DNA of 64,000 nt from assembly GCF_006345805.1 (NCBI RefSeq), contig NC_043011.1, positions 11,098,001-11,162,000 on the forward strand, in the 5' to 3' direction. Below are positions 24,533 through 36,680 of this stretch, piece by piece. The notes below the pieces were generated by a model that saw nothing but the letters and a program-made list of their open reading frames with translations, was not told where the DNA came from and did not search any database. Positions within the stretch are counted from its first letter, which is position 1. Each line of letters opens with the position of its first letter. The translations under genes and the position numbers were made by a program. The DNA comes from Octopus sinensis (lineage: Eukaryota).

Positions 24533-25778
24533 GTGAGTTGTTTCTATGTCAAGCTTGGGGTGTCTGTATATGTATTAGGTTGTGCTAAATTTCTGGTATG
24601 TGTGAGTTGGGTGTGCATGTTTGCATATCCTTTACTTGTTTGAGTCATTTTTGATTATAGCTATGCTGGGGCACTGCCTTGAAATGTTTTAGTCAAACAA
24701 CTCAACCCCAGGACTTATTTTTTCAAGCCTAGTACTGATTCTTTCTGTCTCTGTGTGTGTTGTTATGTAAATGATGATATATATATATATATATATTTAT
24801 ACGTGTGCATGTGTCTGTGCATATTCCATCTTAGGGCTTTGAAGTCCGTAGAAAAAAGAGTGATCTAGCAATGATCTAGAGAGAAAAAAAAATTGGGGGT
24901 TATTTCATTATAAAGGGGGAACCAAGATGTTTTAATTGTTGTGAAAAGAATATAGCATAAAAAATAATACAAGAAAATTACTAACATGTCTATAAAAGGG
25001 CATTACACTATGCCTAATGTAAATAACTCCTGATATTTATCCAGAACATTACTGTTGTCCTTGACACAAAGGACACAGAAAATGTGTCAAGGCCGACAGG
25101 AAGCGTCGATGCTTCCTAGGGCTAAACAGCGGTGGTGTAATTCCCTTACAGGACTGTCACGTTAAGTTGACAGTATACAACCACTCTATCGCTCCACCAC
25201 CGTACATATCTCTATGAGATATTTAGAAATTTAATATTTCTGATTACTGTTGTGTTTCTATGATAGTGTACTTACAGAAATATTACAGATAACAACCTGT
25301 TGCCCTCAATGGGACAGATCCAAGTCTAGCAATCTCTACAATTGGTCAATTATATCAATGAACATGTAAATAAGTTAAAGGTGTGGGGAAGAAGACTATG
25401 GTAGGGGTACAAGCCGCTTATGTCATCCTGCAGTTTCGCAACACAACATAAAATAAGAAAAATAACTCAATAAATATGGTCAGATGGATAAAATAAACTT
25501 ATAGTTAAGGGGAGGCAACAGGTAGAGATATTTCATAAATATAAACAACTGCTAAAATAATGTTGGAATTTACATTCTAGATAGCAAATAGAAATTGAAT
25601 AGTAGTAAAACAATTAAATATGTACACGTACCTAAGAAGATTCTACCTTATAGGTATACAACAAAGCAAAATCACAAAACCACTAACATATATGCAATTA
25701 AGATTTAAGACCAAATCGCATGTTACTTAGTATCATGAATATAATTCACATGTCAAACAGTTTACTAAATATACTTAA

Positions 25779-26498
25779 CTAGCACTATGACCCGGCGTTG
25801 CCGGGTCATAGTGCTAGTGCATGCATATACAGCTGCGTGTGTGCACACATACAGCTAGCTGGCATTCAATTGGCGTATCAAGTTTTGGGCATTTTGATTG
25901 GGTTTTGGATAGAAAATTCACAAAATAGTCACTTCTATTGATTTTTTAATGGCTTTGCGGGGTGACTGGGGAAATGTAAAGATGTGCATGACCACCCCTG
26001 GACGGTTTTGAATGACCATAGAAAGTGCGAGCCCTCTAACTGAAAAATTGTGGATTTGTATAAGGGACACATGCAGACATTTTGCTGTTTATATATATAG
26101 AGACTAGCAGTATCGCCCGGCATTGCTCAGGTTTGTAAGGGAAATAATTATATAAGCATTTTTAGAGATGTAAAGTATAATAGCCATCTCAATATGGCTA
26201 ACCACAAAGGGGGAGGGGTGTTACTGTAGCTTTTTACGTTCTGAGATTTAATAATAAATTTTAGAGAGTTACTTCCCTTATATATGTCAAAAATGGATTA
26301 AAAATGGGAAAAATTGATGGTAAATTTTTTTTTAAATCGTAGACTCATCGTAGACGCGCGCTAATACCCAGACGGTCTCGATATGAATCACGACTATAAG
26401 ATACCCAGTTTTGGTTAAACTGCACCGCAAAATGTGGGAGTAGTTAGGAATCTAAATCGTAGGAGACAGACACACAACCTCACTTTTATATATAAAGA
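25779..26498 (-). mobile_element. Two abutting non-autonomous Helitrons (25779-26101 and 26102-26498)
   Basis: Each has 5' TC and 3' hairpin+CTAG on the minus strand; the CTAG of one directly precedes the TC of the other. Confidence 0.75.
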
Positions 26499-26656
26499 TT
26501 TCCTCTATTTACATAATATTGAGGTCTCTTTCTTTCTTTTGTTATCTTACTGTTTTTACCAATATACATATATATATAAATATATATATATAGTTACAGA
26601 GATGTACTTGCATAGCAAGTGACTTGATCTGAGATCGTGTGCTGGAACGAAAACAG

Positions 26657-26915
26657 TTGCAGCGTTGAAGGTGTTTATAAGCCACTTAAGAAACACACAA
26701 AAACCGTTAGATTCACTTCAACATTTAAATTTAATTTGTCAAAATATTTTCGTCGCTTTGAGACCGCGACCTGTTAGCATGATATTTTTGTCAGTGAACA
26801 GGTCGCAGTCTCAAAGCGAGGAAAATATTTTGGCAAATTAAATTTAAATGTTGAAGTGAATCTAACAGTTTTTGTGTGTTTCTTAAATGGCTTACAAACA
26901 CCTTCCACGCTGCAA
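26657..26915. mobile_element. Foldback element with 119-bp arms, Penelope-like
   Basis: 26657-26775 is the inverse of 26797-26915; lies between TA-rich microsatellites. Confidence 0.8.
26787..26837 (+). ncRNA. Variant hammerhead-like motif with a G3:C8 core
   Basis: TTTGTCA-GTGAACA-G-GTCGC(loop)GCGA(G/C)-GAAA-ATAT-TT-TG(G/A)CAAA; type I topology with a non-canonical core. Confidence 0.4.
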
Positions 26916-27269
26916 TATATATATACACACATATATATGTATGTATGTATGTATGTATGTGTGTATATGTGTATGCATGTATGTGTGTGCGTGTCTGTGC
27001 TTGTGATTGTCCTCCACCACTGCTTGACAACGAATGTTGGTTTGTTTACATCCCTGTCACCTAGTGGTTTGACAAAGGAAACAGATAGAATAAGTACAAT
27101 GCTTACAAAAATAAAACTGGAGTTGATTCATTAAACTACAATTCTTCAAGGCATTGCCCCAGCATGGCCACAGACCAATGGCTGGAAAAAGCAGAAGAAT
27201 AAAAGAATACATTCTCTGCTTTGGTCTTATGTTCAAGGCATGAGAAAGCTTGAGTTTACATGAGAAGGC

Positions 27270-27540
27270 CTAACAGACCTGGTAGAAACAGCAGCCAAAT
27301 CTCCCTCAAATCATACCTTACTGTCTTATGTATGTATATATATATGAGCCAATGAGGGGGACCTCTACATGGTAGCTAGACCTGGTATAAATAGCAGCCA
27401 AATTTCCCCCAAATCACACCTTACTGTCTTATCTATGTATATATGTATGTATGAGCCTATGAGGGAGACCCCTACATGGCAGCTAGACATGGTAGAAATA
27501 GCAGCCAAATCTCCCTCAAATCACACCTTACTGTCTTATG
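27270..27540. repeat. ~105-bp tandem repeat, about 2.6 copies
   Basis: Repeating GACCTGGTAGAAA.AGCAGCCAAATCTCCCTCAAATCA.ACCTTACTGTCTTAT. Confidence 0.8.
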
Positions 27541-27546
27541 TATGTA

Positions 27547-29029
27547 TCTCTTATTATAAAAGGCAGATTTTATCTGCCTCCCTTTGTCAGTTATAGAAAT
27601 CTACAATATAGGATTTCTTCAATTACAATTTACCTAGCATTTTTGAGAGTACAATGCATCGCGTCATGCCAGGTCCAGTTTTTAAAATTTAAACTCCAAT
27701 TAAGCAAAATTTACAGAAAACTCACATTCTGGTGTGTGTGTCAAATGCTTTTCTTAGTCTGGTTTACACCACACGCAAACGCACACACACAGTGGGCAAG
27801 GAATAAAATGAAAGTAATTCACTTACTGTAGTGAGTGATTCTTTCACTCTGCCTCCCACTTCCTCTTTACACATAGAAAAAACCTTTATTTTTTTACATA
27901 AGTAATGAGAGCGAAAGAGACTAAGAGAAAGCGATTGTATGACGAGGGAGTTCCTTTGAAGTTACCGTGCATGGGACTCATTGATGTACATGTGTGTGTG
28001 TGTTTGATGGAGTGTGGGAGACAGACAGTATGTTGTGTAAGTGAAGTGCTTCTGTTAGTGTGTGTGAAGAGACAGAGAGAGTAATGTGTGAAAGAGAGAG
28101 ATAACTGAAATTTTTTACTCGGTTTATGTGTATATGTATGTATGCATGTATGTGTGTGTGTATGTATGTATGTGTGTGTGTATGTATGTATTTATATATA
28201 AAAGAAAGGTTGTGTGTCTGTCTACTCCGATTTAGATTCCTAACTACTCCCACATTTTGCGATGCAGTTTAACCAAAACCGGGTATCTTATAGTCGTGAT
28301 TCATATCGAGCCCTTCTGGGTATTAGCGCGCGTCTACAATGAGTCTATGATTTTACAAATAATTTACCATAATTTTTTTCCATTTTAATGCATATTTTTA
28401 AAAATAAACGGAAGTAACTCTCAAACTTCACACCAATATGCGTGCTCATATGCGACGTAATATCACATCACCAGCATTTCCTCACACCCTCCTTGCACTT
28501 GGCGAAGGCAAAATACCAGGGGATGAAAATGGTAATATTGCCATCGATTCCATTTGTACCATTGTTAAGACGCCTTGATCTCAGAGATGCAGTGTTCCTA
28601 GATTTACAAGCTAATTATCAGAATATGGATTGGATTGGCAAAAAGGCTATACTGGCCCCGAGGAATAAAACTGTTCACCATTAATGATGAAATGCTAAAA
28701 CTCATTCCTGGGGAAGTCGATGTATATCAGTCTATCGATACAACTCCTGACCCAGAGGACGTCATCAACTATCCAATAGAGGTACTCAATTCCTTGAGCA
28801 CCCCGGACTACCACCACACTTTCTCAAACTTAAAGTTAGTGCCCCTATAATGCTCATCAGAAATTTGGTTCCCCCAAAACAATGCAATGGCACACGTTTG
28901 GCGTTAAGTCCTTATCTCCCACCGTAAGCTTATTTCAATATTTGCCTGAATAATCATCATAATTCAGTGCAATCATTAACAGTACTTTCAAGCAATTCAG
29001 CCCCGAGCAACGCCGGGCAATTCTGCTAG
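27547..29029 (+). mobile_element. Chimeric non-autonomous Helitron with a helicase fragment
   Basis: A|TC start; hairpin plus CTAG|T end; 28500-28900 reads AILAPRN..YQSIDT..YPIEVLNSL..LIRNL..CNGTRL; contains the 5' part of the 26102-26498 family. Confidence 0.8.
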
Positions 29030-29242
29030 TATATATATATATATACAAGCCACTACGGTTATTTAATGTAAAGTCTTCCTCAAATCACTCTCGCTATTTA
29101 CTCTCTTCCAAGAACATTTTCACTCACTCTTATCTCTTAGCTTGCCATACATTTTACTCATGTATCTATCAGCGTGATAGACAGAAACAAATATTACATC
29201 GCCATCGCATTCTATTGTCTACCTGTCAACACACACACTGAA

Positions 29243-29776
29243 TTACTTTCATTTTATTCGTTGCACACTGTGCGTGTGCGTGTGGTGTAAACCACATTGA
29301 GAAAAGTATTTGACATACACACCAGAATGTGAGTTTTCTGTAAATTTTGCTTAATTGGAGTTTAAATTTTAAAAACTGGACCTGGCATGACCCGATGCAT
29401 TCTACTCTTAAAAATGCTAGGTAAATTGTAATTGAAGAAATCCTATATTGTAGATTTCCATAACTGACAAAGGGAGGCAGATAAAATCTGCCTTTTATAA
29501 TAAGAGATATATCTCTTATTATAAAAGGCAGATTTTATCTGCCTCCCTTTGTAACTTATAGAAATCTACAATATAGGATTTCTTCAATTACAATTTACCT
29601 AGCATTTTTAAGAGTAGAATGCATCGGGTCATGCCAGGTCCAGTTTTTAAAATTTAAACTCCAATTAAGCAAAATTTACAGAAAACTCACATTCTGGTGT
29701 GTATGTCAAATGCTTTTCTTAATGTGGTTTACACCACACGCACACACACAGTGTGCAACGAATAAAATGAAAGTAA
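29243..29776. repeat. 534-bp near-perfect palindrome of two head-to-head Helitron 5' ends
   Basis: Centre GAGATA|TATCTC at 29509/29510; arms match 27547-27800 and 31144-31400. Confidence 0.9.
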
Positions 29777-31143
29777 ATAGCGACAGTGATTTGAAGAAGA
29801 CTAAACTGAAAGTATTTAAACCACTACTCAAAAAATAAAAAAACACAGCAAACAGAAACAAATAAATACATAACGATTTACTCCTCACACAATTTCTTCA
29901 ATTAGAGTTTACCTAAGATTTTTCAAAGTACTCCATTCGGTCATGCCATAATATATTTCTTTCAATTTCACCCCCCAATTAAGACAAAATTCGAGAAAAC
30001 TCAATATTTTAACATTTCACTCCGAAAGCATTGATGTACATGTGTGCGTGAGTGTGTGGTGTGTGTGTGTGTGAGGTGTGCGACACAGAAAGTGTGGTGT
30101 GTAAGTGAAGTGCTTTTGTTAGTGTGTGTAAAGAGACAGACAGAGTGAAAGACAGAAATAACTGAACTTTTTTTATTCACTTTTTGTAGTGAGTGACTGA
30201 GAGAGAAAAGAGTGAGAGAGGTTATGTATGTATATATGTATGTATGGCTTCAGTGACACACACACACAAAAACACATACCTACGTACACCTAAAGCACGC
30301 ACACACACACACACACACAAGCGGAGCGCGAACTTCAAAATTTTGGTAGTATTAATTTGCTTCTAAGCGCTCGTAATTGAAAGTTTTCACTATGATATCA
30401 TCACGTGCGAAAAATTTCGAAGGGTTTTGAACAATTGAGATACAGATGTCACGCCTGTATTGAAACCATTGCTAAGCTGCCGTAATTGCTTAATTAAGAC
30501 TTTGTTTAAATTGAAAGGGGCAAATATGTGACGAGGTTGAAAAAAAAATACCCCAGAAAAAAAAATGTACTGCTGGTATTTATATAATCACTACTATTTT
30601 GCTACAATGTCATGAAAAAGAAAAAATTTAGGTATGTAAATCGAATCGCCACCCCCTTTTCCCCGTTCGCGTTTGGTAAAAAAAATTATTATTTAAGTTT
30701 TAAAAATTATTTACTTTGTTCAAAAAATATTAATATTAATTATTTTCAAGAATTATTTAATTTTATTCTGTAAAATAGTAATTAATTCATTTATCTGTAA
30801 ATCTGCGAGGTTGTTACTCAGGCACCTAGAATGGTAACCTTCAACTAACACTATCTCCTCCGAGACCCTGCGGCGCAAGTTGACCAAAATTGAGAGTATG
30901 GTAGAAGAAGGGTTGCTCTTCCTTCCGTAGAACATAAAATTCAAATCGGACCATGTTAACACCAAAAATTATTTACATCAAAAAGATGCTTTTTTCTACG
31001 AAAATCCCTATTTTTTACGATTTTTTCACTGCTGTGTCGCCACTTTTCGGTGTATTTCGACCAGAAAAATGTTCACAAAATTTTTACTTTTCAAAATTAC
31101 AATTCCAGCGGGTCGAAACAAACCCTGCTAGTACATAGATATA

Positions 31144-31590
31144 TCTCTTATTATAAAAGGCAGATTTTATCTGCCTCCCTTTGTCAGTTATAGAAATCTA
31201 CAATATAGGATTTCTTCAATTACAATTTACCTAGCATTTTTAAGAGTAGAATGCATCGGGTTTTGCCAGGTCCAGTTTTTAAAATTTAAACTCCAATTAA
31301 GCAAAATTTACAGAAAACTCACATTCTGGTGTGTATGTCAAATGCTTTTCTAGTCTGGTTTACAGCACATGCAAACGCAACGCCACACACAGTGTGCAAC
31401 GAATAAAGTGAAACTAGATGTAATATTGGTTTGTCTATCACGCTGATAGATACATGAGTAAAATGTATGGCAAGCTAACAGATAAGAGTGAGTGAAAATG
31501 TTCTTGGAAGAGAGTAAATAGCGACAGAGTGATTTGAGGAAGACTAAACTGAAAGTATGAAACAGTGTTTATGTATAAACAGACGACACT
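31144..31590 (+). mobile_element. Helitron 5' portion, preceded by another Helitron 3' end (CTAG 31128-31131)
   Basis: Same 5' end as 27547; the downstream part is the inverse of 29050-29240. Confidence 0.75.
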
Positions 31591-31918
31591 TATATAAACC
31601 CTTTCGTTACCAAACTGCCCGAATTTACCTATTCATATTTAAATGAGAATATCAGAGTAAATCTCTTTAGTACATTCGTGAAAACACGCATTATAATTCG
31701 TAAACACTTCAAATAGTTTTGTACAAAAATCGAAGTGTAATTTTAATTCCGTGAATTATGGGAGATTTTTTTCCGAAATTTGTTCCTATTGTGTTTTCAA
31801 AATTTGTAATTCTGACAAAAAATGGATACGAATTTCATTATATCAAGCAGCGAGTCAGAATTCGAAGGATTTTCTACTGAAGACCTTCATAAATCTAACT
31901 CTATGACTGAAAAAAAAA

Positions 31919-32018
31919 NNNNNNNNNNNNNNNNNNNNNNNNNNNNNNNNNNNNNNNNNNNNNNNNNNNNNNNNNNNNNNNNNNNNNNNNNNNNNNNNNN
32001 NNNNNNNNNNNNNNNNNN
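31919..32018. other. Assembly gap (100 N)
   Basis: Exactly 100 N, typically a placeholder for a gap of unknown size. Confidence 0.98.
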
Positions 32019-32336
32019 TTGCTAGGAAAAAGGAGAAGAAAAGGCATATAAATGTAAAACATTGCAGTGAATAGAATTGTGTTTTCTGAAAAGCATGTAG
32101 TTGAAATTTTCAGTATTAAAAGCAACTTCAAAAACATATTCTGATAAAAAAAAATGTATTAAAATAGGAAATTGTAAAATCTTGAGAAGCAGCTTTCTCC
32201 ATTATTGTGTGTGTGTGTGCATATCTCTCTCTCTCCTCTTCCTCTTCGTGTTTGACCCTTCTGTCCGGCACTAGTTGCCATGATAGATCGTTAGCCACTA
32301 CACACATTTTTTCTCTCCTTGTTTTTTTCTGTCTCC

Positions 32337-32372
32337 CTTTCTGTAGAAGAGCGTAGGCTCGAAATGTAAAAG
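32337..32372 (+). ncRNA. Minimal hammerhead-like motif (A6 to U variant) in a Penelope-like 3' fragment (32222-32462)
   Basis: CTTT-CTGTAGA-A-GAGC(GTAG)GCTC-GAAA-TGTA-AAAG. Confidence 0.45.
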
Positions 32373-32478
32373 ACTTTTTCTATTCCTGAGCGTTATACTA
32401 ATACATCTGTTTGTTTTGTACTCCACCTGTCTTCGTCTTTTGTCTTTTTCGTAAACTCTCCCTATATATATATATATA

Positions 32479-33425
32479 TACTACAAAATTAGAGAATGGA
32501 GAAACATACTTAAATCAATAAAACATCAACTATCAGATGATACCCAATCGATACTTTAATACACCATTACATATCAGTAAAGGCATTATACAAAATATAC
32601 AGTAAGAGTAAATAGACAAAGAGATATAAGTATAAAATTTCAAATATAATATGTAATTAAATCAAATCTGACAGCTGTTTCGGCAGTGAGGGCAGTCATA
32701 CCTCATTATTTCGATCTTGAAAGGATGGACTTGGTGCAAACATAACTGTATCTATTATTATTATTATTATTAATATTAATAGTAATTTTTATTGACTTTT
32801 ATAGCTTTATAATTTTATGAACTGAACCATGGTTTTAATTTTAATTATTATTTTTCATCTCCCTATGTGTTAGTTTTTTTTTTTTTTTTTTTATTTTTTT
32901 AAAACTATTAGCCAAATATGTATAATATCGGTGCTTATTAATATTAATATATACACTGATATATATTTTGTTTTATTTTGTTCTGTTTACCTTCCATTAT
33001 TGTACCAATGAGTATTATATTATATAAGTGTAGCATTATGAAGTTTATGTATAATTTTTTATATTTTACATTTTTTATATTATATGTATATGGTTAAATA
33101 ATCTTTTCACAATTATAACAAATTTAATTCTCTGAAGAGGCGTGGGGCATCCTTGTTAATGCCTCATTTATACCTGCCTTTATGGCTTATAGGGTAAATG
33201 AGGTATGACTGCCCTCACTGCCGAAACAGCTGTCAGATTTGATTTAATTACATATTATATTTGAAATTTTATACTTATATCTCTTTGTCTATTTACTCTT
33301 ACTGTATATTTTGTATAATGCCTTTACTGATATGTAATGGTGTATTAAAGTATTGATTGGGTATCATCTGATAGTTGATGTTTTATTGATTTAAGTATGT
33401 TTCTCCATTCTCTAATTTTGTAGTA
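32479..33425. mobile_element. Foldback element with 229-bp arms, Penelope-like
   Basis: 32479-32707 is the inverse of 33197-33425; starts in a (TA)n tract; the left arm stops inside the hammerhead stem II. Confidence 0.85.
33126..33240 (+). ncRNA. Type I hammerhead ribozyme with extended stem II
   Basis: AATTCT-CTGAAGA-GGC..long hairpin (CCTCATTTA/TAAATGAGG)..GCC-GAAAC-AGCT-GTC-AGATTT; palindromic stem III loop; predicted cut after C33234. Confidence 0.75.
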
Positions 33426-33599
33426 TTAATTTACGGTAATATTATTACCTTTACCCATATAATACAATAGATGAACTGATTGTTTGACAATTTTTAACAT
33501 TAGTCTTGTATTAGTCTTGTTGGGTACCTATCTAGCAGTATATTGGATATATATTATCCCATGGTGGGTTGAACTTTCAACCCCTATCTCATTTTATAA

Positions 33600-33641
<42 letters not shown>

Positions 33642-33645
<4 letters not shown>

Positions 33646-34571
33646 TAAACAGTAAAATAAATACAGACATGGACAAGAACATGAAACACCACAGAGACGA
33701 CACAAGAACCACAGGATGGGACATTCGAAGCCCTCAGTCATCAGTCAAGAACCAGATCATCTTAGCAATTTCGGCTGATTAATCTTGAGATTGCTCCGAT
33801 ATGGCCAGCCCGCCAAGGGAAATCTAAGCCAAGCGCATTAGATCCCCTGGAAGAAGCTTCGAATGTATACAACGAAAGGACGGAAAACGATCGAAGTACA
33901 CAAACAAAAATACAGAATACGTGACACCAATAAGAATACAAAAACGTAAAAACAATAACGGTAAAAATAAAAAAAATAAACAACAAAACAAAACCAGGAC
34001 GTAGGACAAGGGTCTTTCGACAGTACGATTTGAGTAGGGGCTGGCTTGTGAAGTTGTGCCTAAAGGCCACGGGGAGACGAACAAATACGTGTTGCTTCTG
34101 AGGCTGCCTGAAAACGAAAAGAGCGCTCAACAGCGGCTAGCTGTCACGTGAGAACAAAAGACAGGAGAAGGGACAGATGAAAAGGAGAGAAGGTGGACGA
34201 GGGAGGAGAAGAAAGAGACAGATCGAGGGGGCTGGAGGTGAGAGAGATAGAGAAACGTAGAAAGGGGGGGGGACGGATGGAGAGGAAAGAACGGAAGTGG
34301 AATAAGGGAGGAGGGAGAGAGAGAGAGAAAAAGAGACAGATTAAGAGTCGTATCAAAGCTTGAGAAAAAAATATACTTATCGTATAAGGACAATTGTGGA
34401 TACGTAGCCGCCGATTATATAGGTAAACAGTAAAATTAAATACAGACATGGACAAGAACATGAAACACCACAGAGACGACACAAGAACCACAGGACGGGA
34501 CATTCGAAGCCCTCAGTCATCAGTCAAGAACCAGATCATCTTAGCAATTTCGGCTGATTAATCTTGAGATT
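33642..34571 (-). mobile_element. Element with ~150-bp terminal direct repeats embedded in (TA)n
   Basis: 33642-33791 matches 34419-34571; TA tracts on both sides; no coding homology recognised. Confidence 0.75.
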
Positions 34572-35401
34572 ATATATATATATATATATATATCATATGA
34601 CTGTCCAGACTATCAGATGTTGTTATACCTCACTGGTCATAATGTGTTTTGCATTGTTGTAGCCTTCAAATGTTGCCACTCTGCTAGCTAGACAAATAGT
34701 CCAATATTCCTCACTGATTTAAAGGGGTACTGGAACGTGAAATGAAAGGTTTTGTTCAAGAACACAACATACTGCCCAGTCTGGGAATCAATCCCACAAT
34801 TTAGTAATCATGAGTACAACAGCATAACCACTGGGCCACATGTCTTCACACACACACAGCATCATCATCATCATCGTTTAGCGTCCGCTTTCCATGCTGG
34901 CATGGGTTGGACGGTTCAACTGGGGTCTGGGAAGCCAGAAGGCTGCACCAGGCCCAGTCTGATCTGGCAATGTTTCTACGGCTGGATGCCCTTCCTAACG
35001 CCAACCACTCCATGAGTGTAGTGGGTGCTTTTTACGTGCCAGGCGAGGCTGGCAACAGCCACGATAGGATGGTGCTTTGTACGTGCCACTGGCACGGAGG
35101 CAGTTGGGGCAGCGCTGGCAATGGCCACGTTTGGATGGTTCTCTTATGTGCCACCGGCACTGGTATCACAGCTATGATTTCCATTGATGTTGATCGATTT
35201 TGATTTTGATTTTGTTTTTCACTTGCCTCAACAGGTCTTCACAAGTAGAGTTTTGTGTCCCAAGTAGAGCTTTGTGTCCCCAACACATATATGTTAAAAT
35301 TATTGTTTCCTAATAAATAACTTTTATCTAAAAGGTATTTTTGTATGCAACTCCTAAAATATGTCAATGTTAATAAACTTATGTTCTTTATATAAATGCA
35401 G

Positions 35402-35539
35402 ATGTTTGATATCAGTGAAATTACTTTAAAAGAGCTTGACTACCGTGTGCCAGTGAGTTTAACAATTACAGAAGATGGCTTCATCACAGCATTGGTGGGC
35501 TACTTTGATGTTATTTTTGATGGACCTAACATGAACCCT
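35402..35539 (+). CDS. PRMT3: PRMT3 beta-barrel exon
   Basis: MFDISEITLKELDY..ITALVGYFDVIF; AG/GT boundaries, phase 0 to 0. Confidence 0.9.
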
Positions 35540-35690
35540 GTAAGTATTATAGTATCTAGCTGTATTTTATGCCTTCAGTTATTAATTATAATCTTGCTGC
35601 TGAAGAAGGAATCTGTGGATACTTCATTTGAACAAATAGCTGAGGCATCAGAGTTTATGTTCACTTGATTCTAAGTAAATATTAGAAATT

Positions 35691-35999
35691 GTGGAGGCAC
35701 ATGGCCTAGTGGTTAGAGCAGCGGACTCGCAGTCAAGGGATCGCAGGTTCGAATCTTAGACCGGGCGATGTGTGTGTTTATGAGCGAAACACCTAAGCTC
35801 CACATGGCTCCGGCAGAAGGTAATGGCGAGACTTCTGCTGACTCTTTCGCCACAACTTTCTCTCACTCTTTCCTCTTGCATCTTGCAGCTCACCTGCGAC
35901 GGACCGGCGTCCCATCCAGGTGGGGAACCTATACGCCAAGGAAACCGGGAAACCGGCTCTTATGAGCCAGGCAGGGCTCGAGAAGGAACAAACAACAAA
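35691..35999 (+). mobile_element. SINE family C copy
   Basis: Box A/B head; TSD AAATATTAGAAATT. Confidence 0.85.
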
Positions 36000-36401
36000 A
36001 AATATTAGAAATTAGAACAACAGTTCACCATTATAAATAATAACTGCCCTGTGAAATTGATAAAAGGCGGTGCTCTAGCATGGCCGCAGTCAAATGACTG
36101 AAACAAGTAAAAGAGTAAAGAGTAATTAGGTCACAGTGCCAAGCTTAGCCAACGTGTGGCCCTGTGGGTTGACTAAAGCCATGTGAATAGAATTTGATAG
36201 ATAGAAATTTTGTACAAGTTTGTCTGTGGGATTGTTCCTGTTCTTCAATGTTGCCTTTGAGAGGTTATATTAAACTGGTTAACTGATTATGTGGATACCT
36301 TCACCCCACCATTCTTGGGGGCACTGAAAAAGGAATTTTACATGTAACTGAATTGTATTTCATCCACTGAAAGGTTTATCTGTCTTTCATTTATTACTTA
36401 A

Positions 36402-36602
<201 letters not shown>

Positions 36603-36680
36603 TGATGTTCTCAAGTAGATTAAACTCTAAAATTTTTCTTTGATATATTCTTTAACTGTTGCTTTATCATTTGCATATAT

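Noticed and set aside
25040-25340. Unique-looking sequence as a missing PRMT3 exon
   Set aside because: Frames after the candidate AG sites give no PRMT motif and contain stops.
33730-33790. CTGATGA plus GAAA on the minus strand as a hammerhead
   Set aside because: Stems cannot be closed in type I, II or III topology; kept only as an unclassified structured RNA.
35691-35765. tRNA gene
   Set aside because: Box A/B head of SINE family C with body, tail and TSD; no complete cloverleaf.
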